Shown here piece by piece: positions 23,833-36,505 of a stretch of DNA of 64,000 nucleotides. The stretch's first letter is position 1. Every line of letters starts with the position of its first letter. This DNA is from Octopus bimaculoides (taxonomy: Eukaryota): the NCBI RefSeq assembly GCF_001194135.2, contig NC_068982.1:133477127-133541126 (forward strand). The letters are read 5' to 3'. The translations under genes were made by a program, and so were the position numbers. The notes beneath the pieces were generated by a model. That model saw nothing but the letters and a program-made list of their open reading frames with translations. It had not been told where the DNA came from and made no database searches.

Positions 23833-24876
23833 AGATCAGGCCTCCAAATAAAATATATGAGATAGACGAAAGATGGAAGGGATACTGGGAGCTGGCCACG
23901 GATTTGGGAAGTCTAGCAATTTTTCCACTTATAAAAACAACAAAAAGACCAGACGTAGTCATATGGAACACAGAACAGAGAATAGGGATCTTGCTAGAAC
24001 TGACAGTACCATGGGAAGAAAACATCGACAATGCAGAGAAACGAAAGGAGAAGAGATATGAAAAACTAATCGAAGAGTGCAGAGAACAGGGATGGACTGT
24101 CGAGTACTACGATTTGGCAGTGGGGGCANNNNNNNNNNNNNNNNNNNNNNNNNNNNNNNNNNNNNNNNNNNNNNNNNNNNNNNNNNNNNNNNNNNNNNNN
24201 NNNNNNNNNNNNNNNNNNNNNNNNNNNNNNNNNNNNNNNNNNNNNNNNNNNNNNNNNNNNNNNNNNNNNNNNNNNNNNNNNNNNNNNNNNNNNNNNNNNN
24301 NNNNNNNNNNNNNNNNNNNNNNNNNNNNNNNNNNNNNNNNNNNNNNNNNNNNNNNNNNNNNNNNNNNNNNNNNNNNNNNNNNNNNNNNNNNNNNNNNNNN
24401 NNNNNNNNNNNNNNNNNNNNNNNNNNNNNNNNNNNNNNNNNNNNNNNNNNNNNNNNNNNNNNNNNNNNNNNNNNNNNNNNNNNNNNNNNNNNNNNNNNNN
24501 NNNNNNNNNNNNNNNNNNNNNNNNNNNNNNNNNNNCCTAGCAGCGGGAAATTTAGACAGTGTCACGTGACAACTAGCTGGGGCTGCCTGCTGGAGCCTAG
24601 CAGCAGATATAAAAAGGGGAACTTGACATGACGATCAGTCGGACGCTGACACTCATTGATGCTGCATCGAAGAGGCCAGGGAATAGAAGAAAGAAGACAT
24701 ACACCCAACACCAGAGCTGAAGACACCTCCGAAAGGAGGGGCCCCGCCACGTCAAAACGGTAGAGGAGTAGGGGCCGAAACCAGACGTGGTTCCTCCTGA
24801 TGATGTCTTGAGCTAACTGGATCCTATAAAGGAGCTGTTGTGGTAGCAGACCATGAAACATGGTTGAAATTCCTCC
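23833..24876 (+). mobile_element. 5'-truncated R2-superfamily (HERO-like) non-LTR retrotransposon: REL endonuclease and 3' UTR
   Basis: Open frame 23835-24128: ...WELATDLGSLAIFPLIKTTKRPDVVIWNTEQRIGILLELTVPWEENIDNAEKRKEKRYEKLIEECREQGW (RPD...ELTVPWEE PD-(D/E)xK motif). Flanked by (TA)n on both sides. Confidence 0.85.
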
Positions 24877-25211
24877 TATATATATACCAGCAGTATTCAT
24901 TTTGAGGGTCTATTATATATATATATATATATATATGTCATCATCATCATAACATCCACTTTTCTATGCTTACATGGGTTAGATAAAACTTGTTGAGGCA
25001 GATTTCCCATGGCCAAATGCTCTTTCTGTCTCTAAGCAAGCTAATATTTCCCCATGGCTAAATATGTTTACACAGAATAATAGCAATAAATGATATTGCT
25101 TATATGATAGTGTCACTCATTTACAATTATCACTCGATCTCAACACAAGATGACAAAACATACATACAAAGACACACATATACATATGTGCATACACACA
25201 TCTATCTATCT

Positions 25212-25248
<37 letters not shown>

Positions 25249-25748
25249 AGCAATGTTAAATCTCTGAACGAGGTATATATATAGAAATATATACATATAC
25301 ACAATGGGCTCCTTTCAGTTTCCATATACTAAATCCACTCATAAAGCATTGATTGGCTCAGAGCTACGGTAAAAGATATATGCCCAAGGCACCATGTAGT
25401 GAGACTGAACCTGAAACCATGTGCTTGAGAAGCAAACTTCTAAACCACATAGCTATCCACATACATAAGCATTTTCTACAAATCATTTATGTAAATCTTG
25501 CTTATATTATTAATGTTATTTTAAACTTGATACTTATCTCTGCATACATTTCTATCTAACTCAAACATGCTACATCACCAACTTTTTGGAAGAACACCTC
25601 TTTAAGCTATTTTGTATTATAGTGTCATGAAGCTGACAAAGGCATTCACTTTTGGAGAGATAAAGAAAATAAAAGAGAACTATTATAATCAATTTATTGT
25701 TATTATTTATGTACATCTGTATTTTCTTCAGAAGTAACGAATTCAAGA

Positions 25749-25786
<38 letters not shown>

Positions 25787-25806
25787 GAGCATATATATAT
25801 ATATTA

Positions 25807-26064
25807 CAGATGGAAGAAATAGAATTTAACACATGAAGCTGAATATTTGTATGTATGTGTGTGTGTCTATTATTTATTAGTTGTGGGGCGCCGTAAGTGA
25901 CTTTAAATCTTTGAGTAACTTGTGTAGCATCACAGCTAATGAATAATATATTGTGTGTGTGTGTGTGCACTAATTATTTGTATATCATATATATATATAT
26001 ATACACACACACACACCACTTGTCAGTGATGATGTGTACAAATGTGTGGGGGTGGGGGTGTATA

Positions 26065-26112
<48 letters not shown>

Positions 26113-26228
26113 TTTGTACACATCATCACTGACAAGTAATCAGTATGATATACAAATAATTAGTGCACACACACACACACACACACAAATATTCAGCTTC
26201 ATGTGTTAAATTCTACTTCTTTCATTTG
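25807..26228. repeat. Nested foldback (three inverted arm pairs), MITE-like
   Basis: Arms 25807-25850/26185-26228, 25961-25989/26144-26172 and 26019-26048/26107-26136 (the last a perfect 30 bp). Confidence 0.88.
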
Positions 26229-26741
26229 TTATACCAAATGTCTATGAGTGTATACACACACACATATGTATACCTGTATTAATTTGCATAAGTGATGATA
26301 ATTTACCAATACTAATTTATGAGCTGCAAACAACAGATGGTGTCCTTTGTTTTGTTGTATTTTTGTAATTTCTAAAGGTATGACATTTGTGCTGAGTTGG
26401 CAGAACTGTGAAACCATGGACTAATTACCATGCTGTTGTTACAATTCCCTACTTAATTCTGAATTCAAATCCTGCTGGAAACAACATTGCTTTTTGACCA
26501 TCTATAAAATAAGAACTAATAACAATGTACTAAGCATGACTGAATCAACTATATCCCTCTCTTTTAAATACTAATTTTGTGCATAGACAAAATAAATCAT
26601 TGGGATTTCTTCCATTAGCATTTTTGTTTTATGTCAATTTTTCTGTGCTGGCATAAGTTAAAACAGTACTGGTTTCAGGCCATGTTTTTAAGGACGGGTG
26701 TTCTTCCTGTTGTCCACCTTTACTTTTTTATACAAATTGTT

Positions 26742-27075
26742 CATTGTTTAACATCCGCTTTCCATGCTAGCATGGGTTGGAAGATTTGACTGAGGACTGC
26801 TGCACTAGGCTCCAATCTGATTTGGCAGAGTTTCTACAGCTGGATGCCCTTCCTAACACCAACCACTCCGAGAGTGTAGTGGATGCTTTTATGTGCCACC
26901 GGTACGAAGGCCAGTCAGGTGGTACTGGCAACGACCACGCTCAAAATGGTGCTTTTTACGTGCCACCTGCACAGGAGCCAGTCCAGCGGCACTTGCAACA
27001 ACCTCGCTCGAATGTTTTCTAACGTGCCACCGGCACAAGTGCCAGTAAGGCTTCGCTGGTAACGATCACACTCAA
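26742..27075 (-). mobile_element. RTE-tail element with internal ~60-bp repeats
   Basis: Reverse-complement copy of the family: gtttaacatccgctttccatgctagcatgggttgg... Confidence 0.8.
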
Positions 27076-27824
27076 ATAAAGTTTTTATTCCACTACTTTG
27101 AGCATGGACATGTGTGCATGAATGCATATATGTGTGTGTGTGAGTGTGCATGAGTGAGCATGCATGTGTATGTATGTGTGCAAACATGTATGCATGTATG
27201 ATTAGATTTCAGTTAGCTTTTTCTCCCTTTTTCCACTGTTACCACCTCAACTAGCACTTGTCCCAATTTCTTTCATTTCTCCCTCTTTCTACCTATCTAT
27301 CATGCCTGCCATTTGCTGTCATCTCCATGATCACAATAACAACAGACAACTAATGTTTCCAGTGTTCACTAACAAAAATTGTGGAATTTCCCTGAGTATT
27401 TTTAGAATTTCTGAATTTAAGTACTTGTAGTTTTCCTTACACATCAATTTTATTCACCACTGTGCAATTAAAATCACTGTCACCCTCTCATAAATTATTA
27501 ATATACTCAGGATGAATGATTAAGTCTATCAACGTAGCATGGAAAGAGGATGTAACAGAATATGTGTATGAGTACTACAGACAGAGTTTAGTTGTTTATC
27601 AAATTAGCAATATGTACTAATTACATAATTAGTAATGCATAATTAGTACTTTACTATTGGTATTTCAAGATTTTTTTTTGTCATAGCAGGACAAATAATA
27701 AGCATGTATGAGTGTGTACATATGTGGGTATGAGTGTGTGTGTATGCGTTTGTGTGTGTGTACACAATGAAAATATATGTGCATGCATATATATGCACAC
27801 ACACACACACATTTGGATATTTAG

Positions 27825-27849
27825 GTGTGTGTGTGAGTGTGTGTGTGTG

Positions 27850-27925
<76 letters not shown>
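27825..27925. repeat. (GT)n-(TA)n-(CA)n compound microsatellite (representative of many)
   Basis: Read directly from the sequence; source of spurious YIYI/CVCV ORFs. Confidence 0.95.
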
Positions 27926-28092
27926 AATTATATATGTATGTCTACTTAAGTGCTTTCCTGAACAGAAGCGCATCATTCAAGCACTGATGGAGCTTTGTGA
28001 ATAAGAGTAACACTTGCTCGTGGTTGCAATGTATTCGTACCTGACCTCCTGACATGGTTGTAAGCTAACAAATGTAATTATGTCACACAATA

Positions 28093-28370
28093 CTCGAGCG
28101 AGATCGTTGCCAGTGCCCCTGGACTGGCTTGTGCGGGTGGCACATAAAAGACACCATTTCGAGCGTGGCCGTTTTCGTGCGGGTGACACGTAAAAGCACC
28201 CACTACACTCTCTGAGTGGTTGGCGTTAGGAAGGGCATCCAGCTGTAGAAACTCTGCCAAATCAGACTGGAGCCTGGTGTTGCCATCCGGTTTCACCAGT
28301 CCTCAGTCAAATCGTCCAACCCATGCTAGCATGGAAAGCGGACGTTAAACGATGATGATGATGATGATGA
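28093..28370 (+). mobile_element. Young RTE-tail element ending ~30 bp from a FERRY3 donor site
   Basis: 28221-28370 is identical by eye to 49722-49871; (GAT)n tail. Confidence 0.85.
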
Positions 28371-28403
28371 ATACGGTTATTTTATCTGTAAGTCAAAACA
28401 TAC

Positions 28404-28525
28404 CTCGTTTGATGCCAGTGTATGAATTTAGTCGATTATCAACCAAGAACACCAATCCACACAAGTTATTTGAATATAATGACATAGCAGTCTGCAAACG
28501 CTGCGGTTCAGGAATTATCACACCA
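28404..28525 (-). CDS. FERRY3: FERRY3 exon
   Basis: tttcag|T GGT...CGA G|gtatgt; [40 protein letters not shown]; 122 nt, phase 2/1. Confidence 0.94.
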
Positions 28526-28621
28526 CTGAAAGTAAAATCCAGACAATAAATAACTGATTGCAACACAACTTCATTTTATATTTGCAGCAAACCTGCAACA
28601 CTAATTCAGTAACAAACTGTT

Positions 28622-28843
28622 GCTTGACTCTTTATCATTTACATTACTCTGTCAAATGTAATGCTTATTTATTCACATTGTTTTGAATTATTCATGCATT
28701 ATCATGTAGCTTTTTGATGACATGATAATCTATTTTTAAAATGACTCTGTAAGATAGTGAGAGAAGCCAGACCTGGTCAGTTTTAACATTAAACAGGGAG
28801 AATATTTTAGCCAGACACAGCTGGTATAAATGTAAAGGGTTAA
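28622..28843. mobile_element. piggyBac-like (TTAA/CCC) MITE, decayed
   Basis: Right end aaatgtaaagggttaa; left end degenerate ttgactctttatcatt. A reverse copy of the body lies at ~57470-57620. Confidence 0.55.
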
Positions 28844-29339
28844 CATTGTCTCTTAGTGAAACTAAAAACCAAGGTGTCTAACCCTTTTTCATACCGCCCA
28901 ACCTGAGACTGCCATTGGTTCAATGATATGAACTTTTTTGATTTAAAATAATCCAAGTTAAATCCTTCTCTCAAAATTTTATGAAGATTTAAGTTCTAAA
29001 AATTAGTTTAAAATGAGAAAGTTATTTTGCTAAATTTTTCTACATTAATCGAAACAAAGGCAGTACATTTCAACAGAAAAATGGTAACAAAAAAGTTAAA
29101 CTGCTGAAAGCACAAGTATTAAGCAATCATTTATTTTACATCTAGAATTAAGTATTAAATCAGTTTTCAATTATAGGTAATTTATTTTGTAAATATTGGT
29201 TTTATTACAGTTACTTATAAGAATGTTGGACATTGAATGAAGAAGATAGACTAGATTTGGTGATGGTGGCTGGAATGAGATGTACATGGAACAGATTCTG
29301 AGAAGTGATGTGCAATTGAGAAGGGGAGCACTACTGAAC

Positions 29340-29720
29340 TGAAATAAAAGGCATATTCTGCAAGTGTGAGTAGTGCTGACTTATAAGAGTGAGACATAGA
29401 TAATGAATATGAAGCAGCAGAGAAGGCTGGTAAGAACTGAAATAAGAATGGTTTGGTGGATGGGTGGAGTATCACTGAAAGAGAGGAAGGCAAATAATGA
29501 AAAACAGATAATGATGGAAATAGAGCCAGTAACAGATGATGTGAAAAAAAAAAGGGATGAAATGGTTAAGTCATGTGCTGAGGAAGGATAAATGTGAATG
29601 GGTGAGAAAAGAGATGAAACAAATATGGAAGGAAGTAGAGGATGGAAAAGACTTAGAAAGACACGAGTAAAGACAATGGAAGAGGAAATGAGAACAAGGT
29701 CTTGGTGAGGGATCTAGAGG
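29340..29720 (+). pseudogene. Old RTE LINE ORF2 C-terminal fragment
   Basis: VLTYKSET*IMNMKQQRRLVRTEIRMVWWMGGVSLKER resembles the RTE motif LYGSETW...RLERTEMRMLRWMCGVS. Confidence 0.65.
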
Positions 29721-30088
29721 ATGGAGAGCACCATCAGAAGACATCCAAAGCTCCCACGTTTTATCAAGGAAAAATAATTTTTAAATGTTTGTTGTTGTAT
29801 CTGGTGTCAGAGCTGGCTGTGTTGATAAGCTGCTACAGATCAACCAGACAAAAGATCCCATCCAAGCCATATGTCTTTGAGCAAAGTACTTTTAATTTTT
29901 CCTCAGTTCATTCCATCTGGCTGAAAATGATTTCTATTTTTGGCACAAGGCCAGAAATTCTGAAGGTGAGCGAGTTAGTCAATACCAATGACCCCAGTAC
30001 TTGACTGGTACTTTATTGTAGTGACCCCAGAGGGATGAAAGGCAAAGTTGACTTCAGCAGGTTTTGAACTCAGAACATACAAGCATTT

Positions 30089-31039
30089 CAGGACAATTAC
30101 CCGCCTAAGACAATTCCTCCCGATGATAACTACCCCCTAGGACAATTACCCCCCTTAATTAATTACCCACTCTCCAGTATATTAAGAAGTTTTAATTCAT
30201 CATCTAAAAGTGCAAATTATATGCAATTCCTCGCAAACATCGTATCACATGTTTTCACAATTGCTAACTACAGCATTAATATGGGGTGAAACATCTAAAT
30301 ATTTCTTTCTTGATGGCTGTTTAGCAAAACCCGTCAAGGATTGAGTCATAAGTATTTGTTGTAATGCTTTCTCTCTTATGATATATTTTAAAAACTTCCA
30401 AATGATTGGGTGGCAACAACCAGCATTTAATTAAAAAAAAAAAAACTCCTGTGCCACCCTTCCACAGCATTGTTTGTTCTTGGAAGTTCATCCAACGTTC
30501 TGTTGCACATATTCCAAAGATCCATTCCAAACACTGGTTCTCGCTGTCTTCCTCTTCGACATGGGTGTCCTAAGTATGTATCCTCCAAGTCATCTTGCAA
30601 GGGATATGTTTCTGGTGGGAATATTTCACATAGGGTTTCAAAAGTTTTTTCAACATCGAAATAGGAACAAAAGCTAAAGCTGCTATCATTCTCATAAAGA
30701 TTGAAAACTTTTTATCGTTTTGGTATTGCTGTTGAAATCCATGAAATTGAATGTTCTTACAGATGCTTTGGCTAAAGTGAAAAAAACAACCATTTATCTC
30801 AGCTTGTGGAAATGCCAAATGTAAACTATTAATCATGGCTTTTTCAAAATCTACCATGATAGTTTTGGGTGCTAAATCTTGTTTCAATGATTTTAGCGAC
30901 TCCAGAAAATTTGTATAAGTAGTTTTGGCTTTTATCAGGTAACAGAGCGTAAATTAAGGGCACTGGTAAAAAAAATAGCGGCTTATACACTGGAAAATAT
31001 GGTACACATCGAGGGTTAACTGCTTAGGGGTAATTGTCC
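30089..31039 (-). mobile_element. MULE/MuDR transposon deletion derivative (right end runs into a gap)
   Basis: VPLIYALLPDK, IMVDFEKAMINSL, GCFFHFSQS, LAFVP and PRTNNAVEGWH motifs across frameshifts. ggacaattacc repeats at 30091 and 30140, inverted at 31029-31039. Confidence 0.85.
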
Positions 31040-32485
31040 NNNNNNNNNNNNNNNNNNNNNNNNNNNNNNNNNNNNNNNNNNNNNNNNNNNNNNNNNNNNN
31101 NNNNNNNNNNNNNNNNNNNNNNNNNNNNNNNNNNNNNNNNNNNNNNNNNNNNNNNNNNNNNNNNNNNNNNNNNNNNNNNNNNNNNNNNNNNNNNNNNNNN
31201 NNNNNNNNNNNNNNNNNNNNNNNNNNNNNAAATGTCCCAGACTCAGAAGAAATACTACAAATCTTTTTTCTGATGCCAGCCCACCATTCTATGGATGATC
31301 CATAAGCCTTCTATTATCTTGCAAAGCTGAGTTCAAATATCTACAAAGAGATTAATTGAAAGAGGTTTCAGTCCCACCATGCCAATTTGCTCTATAAAAT
31401 TTCACATCGTTTCCTTTATAGTCTAAGCATCAACTCACCAATTCTGTTTACTGACCAGAGAAACATGTTAACCAATACAGATCAAGAAAGTCAAATCAGT
31501 ATTTGAATTTACTCTACACACACACACACACACATTCATGCCTGTATGTATGTAAATACAAATCAAAACCAATAACCCAAATCAACTGTTTACCAGAGGT
31601 TTACATCACCCTGATCCAACAAACAACTAAATGTCAGTCAAATACTACACTGATACATTTACTCAGTCTTTTAGCCTTTAGTTTATTGAATGAATGAATG
31701 AAATAAGAAAGGAAGGAATAAAGGAATATGCTCAGCCTCATGGGTGACGCTTGGGGGCCTCAGGCACAACTACCACTCCTTGTCACATATTGTGGTCTCA
31801 AACACTCTGCCAGGGCCCACCCCATTCAGTTCTTTATATCACCACTCCATTTTCTTCTCTGTCATTTGAAAGCCTGTTTTCCATCCACCAGCTATTGAGG
31901 ATGTAGACACAAAAATTCTGGACCTTCATAATGAGACCAAAATATTGCAATTTTTACCATCTGACCATCATCACTAACTTTTCTTCTGCACCCAATTCCT
32001 CCAGAGTTAAAGCATTCATTTGACAGGTCACCCAACTGATTTGCAGTGTTCAACAGTAACACATCATAGTTTATTAGGGAGCTTAAATGTAATATTTATA
32101 CAGAATATGTTGGTTCGGTTGACTCACATAGTCACCAACATCACTATCATCAATTTTAAATATAACATAATTCACAGGAGACCAGCGTATGCAACACCAT
32201 TTAGTGCTACATACATTACCAAGTGAAGTTATTAATACTCAAATGAGTTTTTTTTAATTATTGTCTCAGAAATTCCATATTTTTTCACAAATGAGATTTT
32301 AAACAGTTTGAGTGAAAACAAAGTACCCCTAAACTGAACAGATGTATATGTGATCATATCATAGAAGCAGCATATAAAGAAAATTAAACTATAGAACTAT
32401 AGAAATATTACAAAAGCTTGTTTAAAACAGGTACACAGCTTGTAAACCACATGCATTACCAAATCAGCTAATATTTCTACATAGT

Positions 32486-32667
32486 AAGGTGGCAAGCTGG
32501 CAGAAATGTTAGCACACCATCTGACTTTACGTTATGAGTTCAAATTCTGCCAAAGTCAACTTTGCTTTTGGGGTTGATAAATTAAGTACCAGGTGTGTGC
32601 TGGGTCGATCTAACTGACTGCCCCCCCTTCCCCAAAAATTTCGGGCCTTGTGCCTAGAGTAGTAAAG
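32486..32667 (+). mobile_element. tRNA-derived SINE (aaggtggc-head family)
   Basis: B-box-like gagttcaaattc; 16-bp TSD aatatttctaca(t/a)agt at 32470-32485 and 32668-32683. Many further copies in the window. Confidence 0.8.
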
Positions 32668-34016
32668 AATATTTCTACAAAGTTAGATATGTTTTTGCAG
32701 GATATTGGAGACAAGTGGCATTGCTTGTATGACAGTGATGCTCTCGACTATCACATGATGACCACACACACGTGCACACACAAACATGTACACACACACA
32801 CATACACAAAACAGTTTCTGTTTTCAAAATCTACTCACAAGGCTTCTGTCAGCCTGAAGCTATAGAAGAAATTTACCTTGCCCAAAGAGCCATGCGGTGG
32901 GACTGAACCTAGAACCATATGGTGGGAAGCAAACTTCTTAACCAGAGCCATGCCTGCATCTCATGTTCTCCATATGATGCATGAGTATGTATTAACAAAA
33001 TTTAAACCTTTTAGTAATTATAATATGTCATTGAAAATTCTCTTGATATTTACAAGTCTGCATGCTCTAAACCAAAAGAAAAAAAAAAAAAAAAGAGTCC
33101 GAAACATTTCTGAGCACAAAGACCATTAAAATTAAAGTGATCATTAGATGGGACTGTAATCATTGTTGAAAAGTCTCAATTAGACATTTGGACTCATCCA
33201 CCAAACCATTCTTATTTCTGTTCTCTTCACAATTATAATAGCCTCTATTCCTTGAAGATGGATGGGTGCAGGACAGTTTTCTTCAGATATTCCTATGCTA
33301 CTTGCTTCTCTTCCTCACATCACTTTCTCATGTTCATCTTCATTTCTCCTCCAGGCCCTGTACTAATCACTATCTCCAGTTCTTTATTCCCAGAACATTA
33401 ACCCTCTAGAATTCTCTCCCTGCTCATCATGTCTTTCCCACAGGTATTGACTTTCAAAGGTTCAAGACAAACATTTATGAAACAAATTTCACCAGGCTAG
33501 GAGGGCCAGCAAAAGCCCTTTTTTCTAGACTGAACAATTAAAACAAAACAAAAAAGAATACCATTCACAGTCATCTACATTTTGTTCAGTCTTGATAATC
33601 CCAACAAACTAAAGGCAGTATCCTTTCCTAGTTACACAAACATGTCATTCGATACAATATTGCAAAACCAGCAAACAGTAATAAAATATTTTATTTTAAG
33701 AAAAAAAATTTTGTCTATGGAACACAAGAAATAGGACAGTGGTTTCATAAGGAAATAAAATAATAGTTGCTTATAAGAAGGCTCAATGTAGCTTCCATAC
33801 AAAGGGTATTTTTTAGTAGAAGTCAAATGGGTACTGTTTTCAGTTGGCATTCAAAAATGATTGATGAAGTAAACATAGTTAAGATAATATGATACATATG
33901 ACATATACTTTGACATTTGTTGTAGGAAATCCTGAAGGTCAGTAACACAAAATGCGCCAGAATGTGCAATGTTAGCATACAAGGAAGAAAAACAAAACAA
34001 AAAAACAATTCTGTGA

Positions 34017-34056
<40 letters not shown>

Positions 34057-34149
34057 TTGTGGTGTACATATATGTTATATATATGAATAAATAAACATAA
34101 ATAAGATATATGTACATATGTCTGCACAGATACACATGCACACATGCAT

Positions 34150-34188
<39 letters not shown>

Positions 34189-35642
34189 CACACACATACA
34201 TACACATGTAGACAATACAGGTTTTACATGTATGTATGTATATGTATATACACATCATCATTTTTACATCCACTTCTCCATGCTTCCACAGGCCAGACAA
34301 AATATGTTGAGGCAGATTTTCTATGGTTTGACGCCCTTTCTGTCATTAACCTTCACCTGTTTCCAAGTAAGGTGATATTGCCCCATGGCCTGATGGAAAG
34401 TTGAAAACAAAGGACACTGCTTGCATGATGGTGATGCCTGTTTACAACTATCACGCGATGTCAAGGCAAGAAGACAGTAAACACACAAGCACACACCTGT
34501 ACAGACATATGTATGTTTGTGCATACATGCAACATATATATGGCCATGTCGTGAGTTTGGAAGGGAACAAGTACATAACAAAGACCCAATCACTAAATGT
34601 GAATGGAGCATGTGAAGAGGAAGATCAAGGAAGATGTGGGACGAAGTAATAAAGAACGACTTCCAGATGTTGAGTCTCATGGAGGAGATGACAAAAGACT
34701 GAGATCAATGGCATTTGTGGAGGCTCCAAAAGCATACTATTTATACCAATGCCCCTGCACCTAATCTGTCCCTGATGTGTTTCTTTCTCACAACTTATTT
34801 TCCTAACACCCATCCCTCTATCACTCTTCTGACTATGGCACTAACCATTCAGCTGCTGTAATTATTTGAGAGCAGAGCTGCACATATTTCATCCTCCACC
34901 TTTTTTGTCCCCTTACTCACCCTCTCTGGAACCACCTTATTTTTGTCTACCGAACACCTCTTTAATCTCCACTTTTCTTGTACACCCTCTCATCCTACCA
35001 ATGACATCCTCCATTACCTATGTTCACTTGCCAATAATTCCACCCCTATGTACCTCTGACCTCATCCTTGGCACTGTGGATCTCTCACATATCACTAACA
35101 CTTCACATCGCCTGTGGTACCTCCTAATGCCTCTACCATCTCTCCCCTGTTATTCACAAGTCACCACACCACTTGCATTCATCATTCACTGCATTCCCCT
35201 CCATCTCTGCCCATCTGCCACTTTCTTTTCACACTATCACAAACTTACCCATTCACCCTGTCGACTTTGCTTATATTCAAATTCCTGTTACTCCTCTTCA
35301 CCACCATCTTCTCCCTCTTTACAAGTGAGGTAGCCATGTATCTCCTCCACTGCAAGACACCAGTTCCTGCCCCACTAGCATACTTTAACTTCTGATCACC
35401 AGGCATAATGTTGCCTTCTTCAATACTATATCCATCTCAGTAAAGGGGGCTTGTCTTATGAGTTACTTGGTGACTTCACCAGTGTTGATACCAGGTAAAA
35501 AGCACCCAGTACACTCCGTGAAGTGGTTAGTGTTAGGAAGGATGTCAAAGCAGACATTGAAGCTTGATACAATCTTGTGGCATATCAGCTCCTGTCAAAC
35601 CATTCAATCCATGCCAGCATGGAAAGTGGATGTAAAAGGATA

Positions 35643-35680
<38 letters not shown>

Positions 35681-35689
35681 ATGATATGA

Positions 35690-35850
35690 CTGGCTTCTAT
35701 CAGTTTCCATCGACCAAATCTACTCAAAAGGTTTTGGTCAGCCTGGGGTTATAGCAGAAAGCACTCGTCTAAGAGTCACACAGTGGGACTGAACCCAGAA
35801 CTATGTGGTTGAGAAGCAAACTTCTTACAACACAGCCATGCCTGCACCTA
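35690..35850 (-). mobile_element. tRNA-derived SINE (second family: gctgtgtggtaagaag...gggttcagtcccactg)
   Basis: Reverse copy. The same family recurs at ~3030-3235, 5620-5750, 25305-25460, 38665-38830, 41720-41830, 43045-43200 and 52130-52300. Confidence 0.75.
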
Positions 35851-36505
35851 TACATACATATATATATATGTATATATAAATCTTTAGTTAAATATATTCA
35901 ATGAGAATATTATATACTGAATTTATATTGAGTGCTCTATTGTATCAAAGTATTAATACTATTAAAATATTTATGTATTTAATACGAGCGATTATACATA
36001 GTGTGTGTGTGTGTGCGCGTGCATGCCCCACCTCACTGTTTTGACATTTCATGGTGGTTGTAAATGAGTATCTCCATCATACAACTGAACTGACCCATTC
36101 ATTTTCAAACTTCTGTGAGAAAATTCTGGCCATAGGAAGATATTATCTTCCTTGGAAAGAACGGAGGGTTGGTGACAGGAAGAGCATCTTGTCTGCCCCC
36201 AACAAGTTCCATCTGACCTATGCAAACATAGAAAAGTCAAAATTAACATGATGGTGGTGATAATAGATGCGCACACTTACACACATGATGCACATCATTA
36301 TCATCATTTTAACATCTATTTTTCCATGCTTGCATGTGTTGGATGGAACTTGATGAGGCAGATTTTATGCAGCCAGATAGTTTCCTTACCACCAATCCTC
36401 ATCTGTTTCTAAGGTGAAAAGGTGAAGGTTGGAGGCAGGTTGGGCTTCTTTCAATTTCCACCTACTACATCCACTCATGAGCCTTTGAGGCCACAGTAGA
36501 AGATA

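Noticed and set aside
27643-27987. YIYI/CVCV/HTHT-rich ORFs
   Set aside because: Translations of (TA)n, (GT)n and (CA)n microsatellites with no coding signature.
34866-35395. 155-aa and 93-aa Pro/Leu/Ser-rich ORFs
   Set aside because: C/T-rich interspersed repeat sequence (related pieces near 11870-12110 and 46250-46550) with no recognisable domain or splice support.
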